IMG/VR virus record: IMGVR_UViG_3300025915_000014
Location: 1-64,000 of that record
DNA from: a virus
Taxonomy: Duplodnaviria > Caudoviricetes
Strand: one strand, 5' to 3'
Length of the DNA: 64,000 nucleotides
The notes under the pieces are model-generated. The model saw nothing but the letters and a program-made list of their open reading frames with translations, was not told the origin of the DNA and did no database searches. This document shows, piece by piece, positions 62,088 to 64,000 of the stretch (the stretch's first letter is position 1; each line of letters begins with the position of its first letter). Both the position numbers and the translations under genes were made by a program.

Positions 62088-62909
62088 ATGTCCTTGAAGA
62101 GCGTAGATGACCCTGATCCTGGGAGCATTCAGAAGCAAGCCCAGACCGCCCACCAGCTACGCGCCGCCCGACAGCTACGCGCCACCCCGCAGCGGGCCAC
62201 TCGTCGCCGCTGCCCGAAGTGCGGCGTATTCCTGGCGCTCACCCAGCACGGCCGGATGTGGGAGCACCCGCGGCCCATCGGGAGCTGCCCCGGACGCGAA
62301 TCTGTCGACCACGCGCACCGCAAGGACATGATCCAAGATGCCGCGCGGGCAGTCGGCGGATGCCAGGCCGAGCAGGAGGTGCAAGATCGGGTCGCCAACC
62401 GATGGCAAGGCGACGTCGTGGTCATGCGCCCGGACGGACGGCTCATCGATTTCGAGCCGCAGGTCTCGGATATCACCGCCCGCGACGCGGACGACCGTCG
62501 GCGGCGCATCGAGAGTTCGCGGGTCGAGCTGTGCTGGGTGATCTCGCGAGAGTGGTCGGGGTTGGCCGGGCATCCCCGCGTACTCACCGACGAGACTCCG
62601 CCGTACGTGGTGCGCAAGCACGTCGATCTGTTCGACGGGAAGTGGTGGGGCCACGAGCCGAAGTGTGATCTTTCCGGGTTCGTGGCCCGCCTCTGCCTCG
62701 ACGAGCTGCGGTGGCTGGACAATCGGCCGTTCGGGATGGGCCCTGCGTGGGTGTCCGCGGCGGACATGATGCGCGCGCTACAGCTCGCAACCCTGGACGC
62801 GGGCATGGCTACGCAGCTCCAACTCGATCTGGGCTTAGGTCCGTCATGGGCGGAGGTCTACGAGCTGCACTACGAGTGGATGGAGCACGAGCGACGGAAG
62901 GATCGCTAG
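62088..62909 (+). CDS. CoiA-like PD-(D/E)XK nuclease with zinc ribbon
   Basis: CPKC..H..C; ES.DH...K; AE.E; GDVVV; FE.Q.S.IT. Confidence 0.65.
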   Translation: MSLKSVDDPDPGSIQKQAQTAHQLRAARQLRATPQRATRRRCPKCGVFLALTQHGRMWEHPRPIGSCPGRESVDHAHRKDMIQDAARAVGGCQAEQEVQDRVANRWQGDVVVMRPDGRLIDFEPQVSDITARDADDRRRRIESSRVELCWVISREWSGLAGHPRVLTDETPPYVVRKHVDLFDGKWWGHEPKCDLSGFVARLCLDELRWLDNRPFGMGPAWVSAADMMRALQLATLDAGMATQLQLDLGLGPSWAEVYELHYEWMEHERRKDR

Positions 62910-62966
62910 GCCGCGCGGCCTAGCGGGTTGCGCGGTAGGGGGTGGAGCGCCCCCTGGTACAGACGG

Positions 62967-62998
62967 CGCAGCCCCCGCCGTGGGGGGCGGGGGCTGCG
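62967..62998. terminator. Bidirectional hairpin terminator
   Basis: CGCAGCCCCCGCC...GGCGGGGGCTGCG between convergent genes. Confidence 0.7.
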
Positions 62999-63011
62999 GT
63001 CGGTCATCCGG

Positions 63012-63527
63012 TCACTTCTTCGCGGCGGTCCAGTCGATGCCGACGATCTGGGCGTACTTGCCGACGTCGGACTTCTTGATCACGAGCAGGGTGTGCCCGG
63101 TGACGCCGACCATGCGGTAGCCCGCGTCGCCGATTTCGCCGTCCGGGGTCTTGGTGATCAGTACGTAGCCGGAGGCGTAGCCGGTCCCGTCGGCCTGGTA
63201 GGTGCCCGGGGTGATCGTGTAGGCGCCGCCGGGCTTGGCGGTGATCTCGTAGGTGCCCTCCGTGTAGACGCCGCTCGGGGCCGGGTCCGCGGGTGCCGGT
63301 GCAGGTGCGGGCGCGGGGGCCGGGGCGGGCGCCGGGTCCAGGACCACGCCGTGGCCGTCGGGGTCGCCCGGCTGCGGGCTGAATGCTCCGGGTGCCGGGG
63401 CCGGGGCGGGTGCGGCGACGGCCGCGGGGGTGGGGGTGGAGGCTCCGGCGGCTCCGGTGCCGCAGCCTGCGACGAAGGTGACGAGGAAGGCGGCGCCGAG
63501 CAGGCCGCCCTTGACGATCTTGTTCAT
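63012..63527 (-). CDS. Lipoprotein
   Basis: Signal with lipobox FVAG-C, PA-rich linker; SD AGGAG. Confidence 0.8.
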   Translation of the reverse strand: MNKIVKGGLLGAAFLVTFVAGCGTGAAGASTPTPAAVAAPAPAPAPGAFSPQPGDPDGHGVVLDPAPAPAPAPAPAPAPADPAPSGVYTEGTYEITAKPGGAYTITPGTYQADGTGYASGYVLITKTPDGEIGDAGYRMVGVTGHTLLVIKKSDVGKYAQIVGIDWTAAKK

Positions 63528-63588
63528 GGTGTCTCCTGTGGTGGGTGCGTGGCCGGGGCTGTTCCCCGGCGTGGTTCACGTGCCCCCA

Positions 63589-63618
63589 GGAGTACGCGCC
63601 CGGCGCGCATCTCTGCCA
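63589..63618 (-). promoter_or_regulatory. Promoter with palindromic operator in spacer
   Basis: Palindrome 63594-63608 (1 mismatch); minus strand TGGCAG-18 bp-TACTCC (imperfect -10). Confidence 0.55.
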
Positions 63619-63671
63619 GCAGTCAGGCTCCCTTGTCGCCCGCTCGGCCGCTGCATCGGTACCGTCCACCC

Positions 63672-64000
63672 GTGCGCACCCCGGGCGAATGGCTGGACGG
63701 CTTCCTCGCCCTGCCCGCCAGCGTCCGCACCGTGTCCGCCCAACTCGAAGCACTCGCCGCCCAATTGCGTGAAATGGAGCAGAGGATGACCGCCGCCGAG
63801 TCCGCCGCCTGGGACAAGTTCTCCGCCGACCTCGCCTCCGTCCGTGACGGCTGGGCCGCCAAGGACGCGCAGATAGCGGTGCTGCAAGCCGCGCTCGCCG
63901 ACGCGGGCACGCAGGCGCAGGCGCAGGTCGCCGCCGCTCTGGAGCAGGACGCCGCCTTCGACGCCGTGAAGATCACGCAGGCGGATGCGGCGCTCGCGTC
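63672..64000 (+). CDS. Coiled-coil protein, truncated by window end
   Basis: TACCGT-6 nt-GTG; open frame MRTPGEWLDGFLALP... to the end. Confidence 0.6.
   Translation, partial: MRTPGEWLDGFLALPASVRTVSAQLEALAAQLREMEQRMTAAESAAWDKFSADLASVRDGWAAKDAQIAVLQAALADAGTQAQAQVAAALEQDAAFDAVKITQADAALA

Larger units (their letters stand above)
1..64000. mobile_element. Actinobacterial siphovirus / prophage segment (HK97-type head, long non-contractile tail)
   Basis: Canonical TerS-TerL-portal-protease-capsid-tail-tape measure-lysis order on the minus strand, RecET/RusA/Rep module, no host housekeeping genes; boundaries not in window. Confidence 0.95.

Noticed and set aside
1-64000. tRNA, rRNA or tmRNA genes
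   Set aside because: No cloverleaf with T-loop GTTCRA in context was recognised by eye; a tRNAscan/Infernal run would be decisive

Overview
The whole window is a high-GC actinobacterial siphovirus or prophage segment. The host is probably a filamentous actinomycete; no host housekeeping genes, rRNA, tRNA or CRISPR array were seen. All family assignments come from motifs I recognised by eye; no database search was run. Layout: (i) 129-14419, early, replication and recombination genes (RusA, Rep initiator with internal iterons, RecT, YqaJ exonuclease, XRE HTH switch, DUF397, many small ORFs). (ii) 14496-53599, a long minus-strand late region running HNH > TerS > TerL > portal > protease > HK97 capsid > accessory head genes > head-tail/tail genes > tape measure > tail tip/fibres > lysis cassette. 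(iii) 54186-64000, accessory genes (small membrane ORFs, ADP-ribosyltransferase-like protein, ParB-DNA methyltransferase, DUF1353, Xis-like HTH, CoiA-like nuclease, lipoprotein). No integrase or DNA polymerase lies in the window. Most striking observations: (1) a 15-bp palindrome GCGCGCC-S-GGCGCGC in 10 intergenic copies that fills the -35/-10 spacer, or overlaps the -35, of mostly leaderless promoters of accessory genes, i.e. a genome-wide operator regulon; (2) a stand-alone secreted Rpf-LysM (resuscitation-promoting factor) translationally coupled inside the head-gene operon; (3) a PL7 polysaccharide-lyase domain fused into a tail-hub protein; (4) a duplicated 'YAR-motif adaptor + K(T/A)GT..GAPGG repeat fibre' module at both neck and tail tip; (5) a papain-like peptidase coupled to the holin; (6) an orphan PARP-like ART; (7) 10-bp-phased GCGTAG repeats flanking an AT-rich core next to the Xis-like gene.
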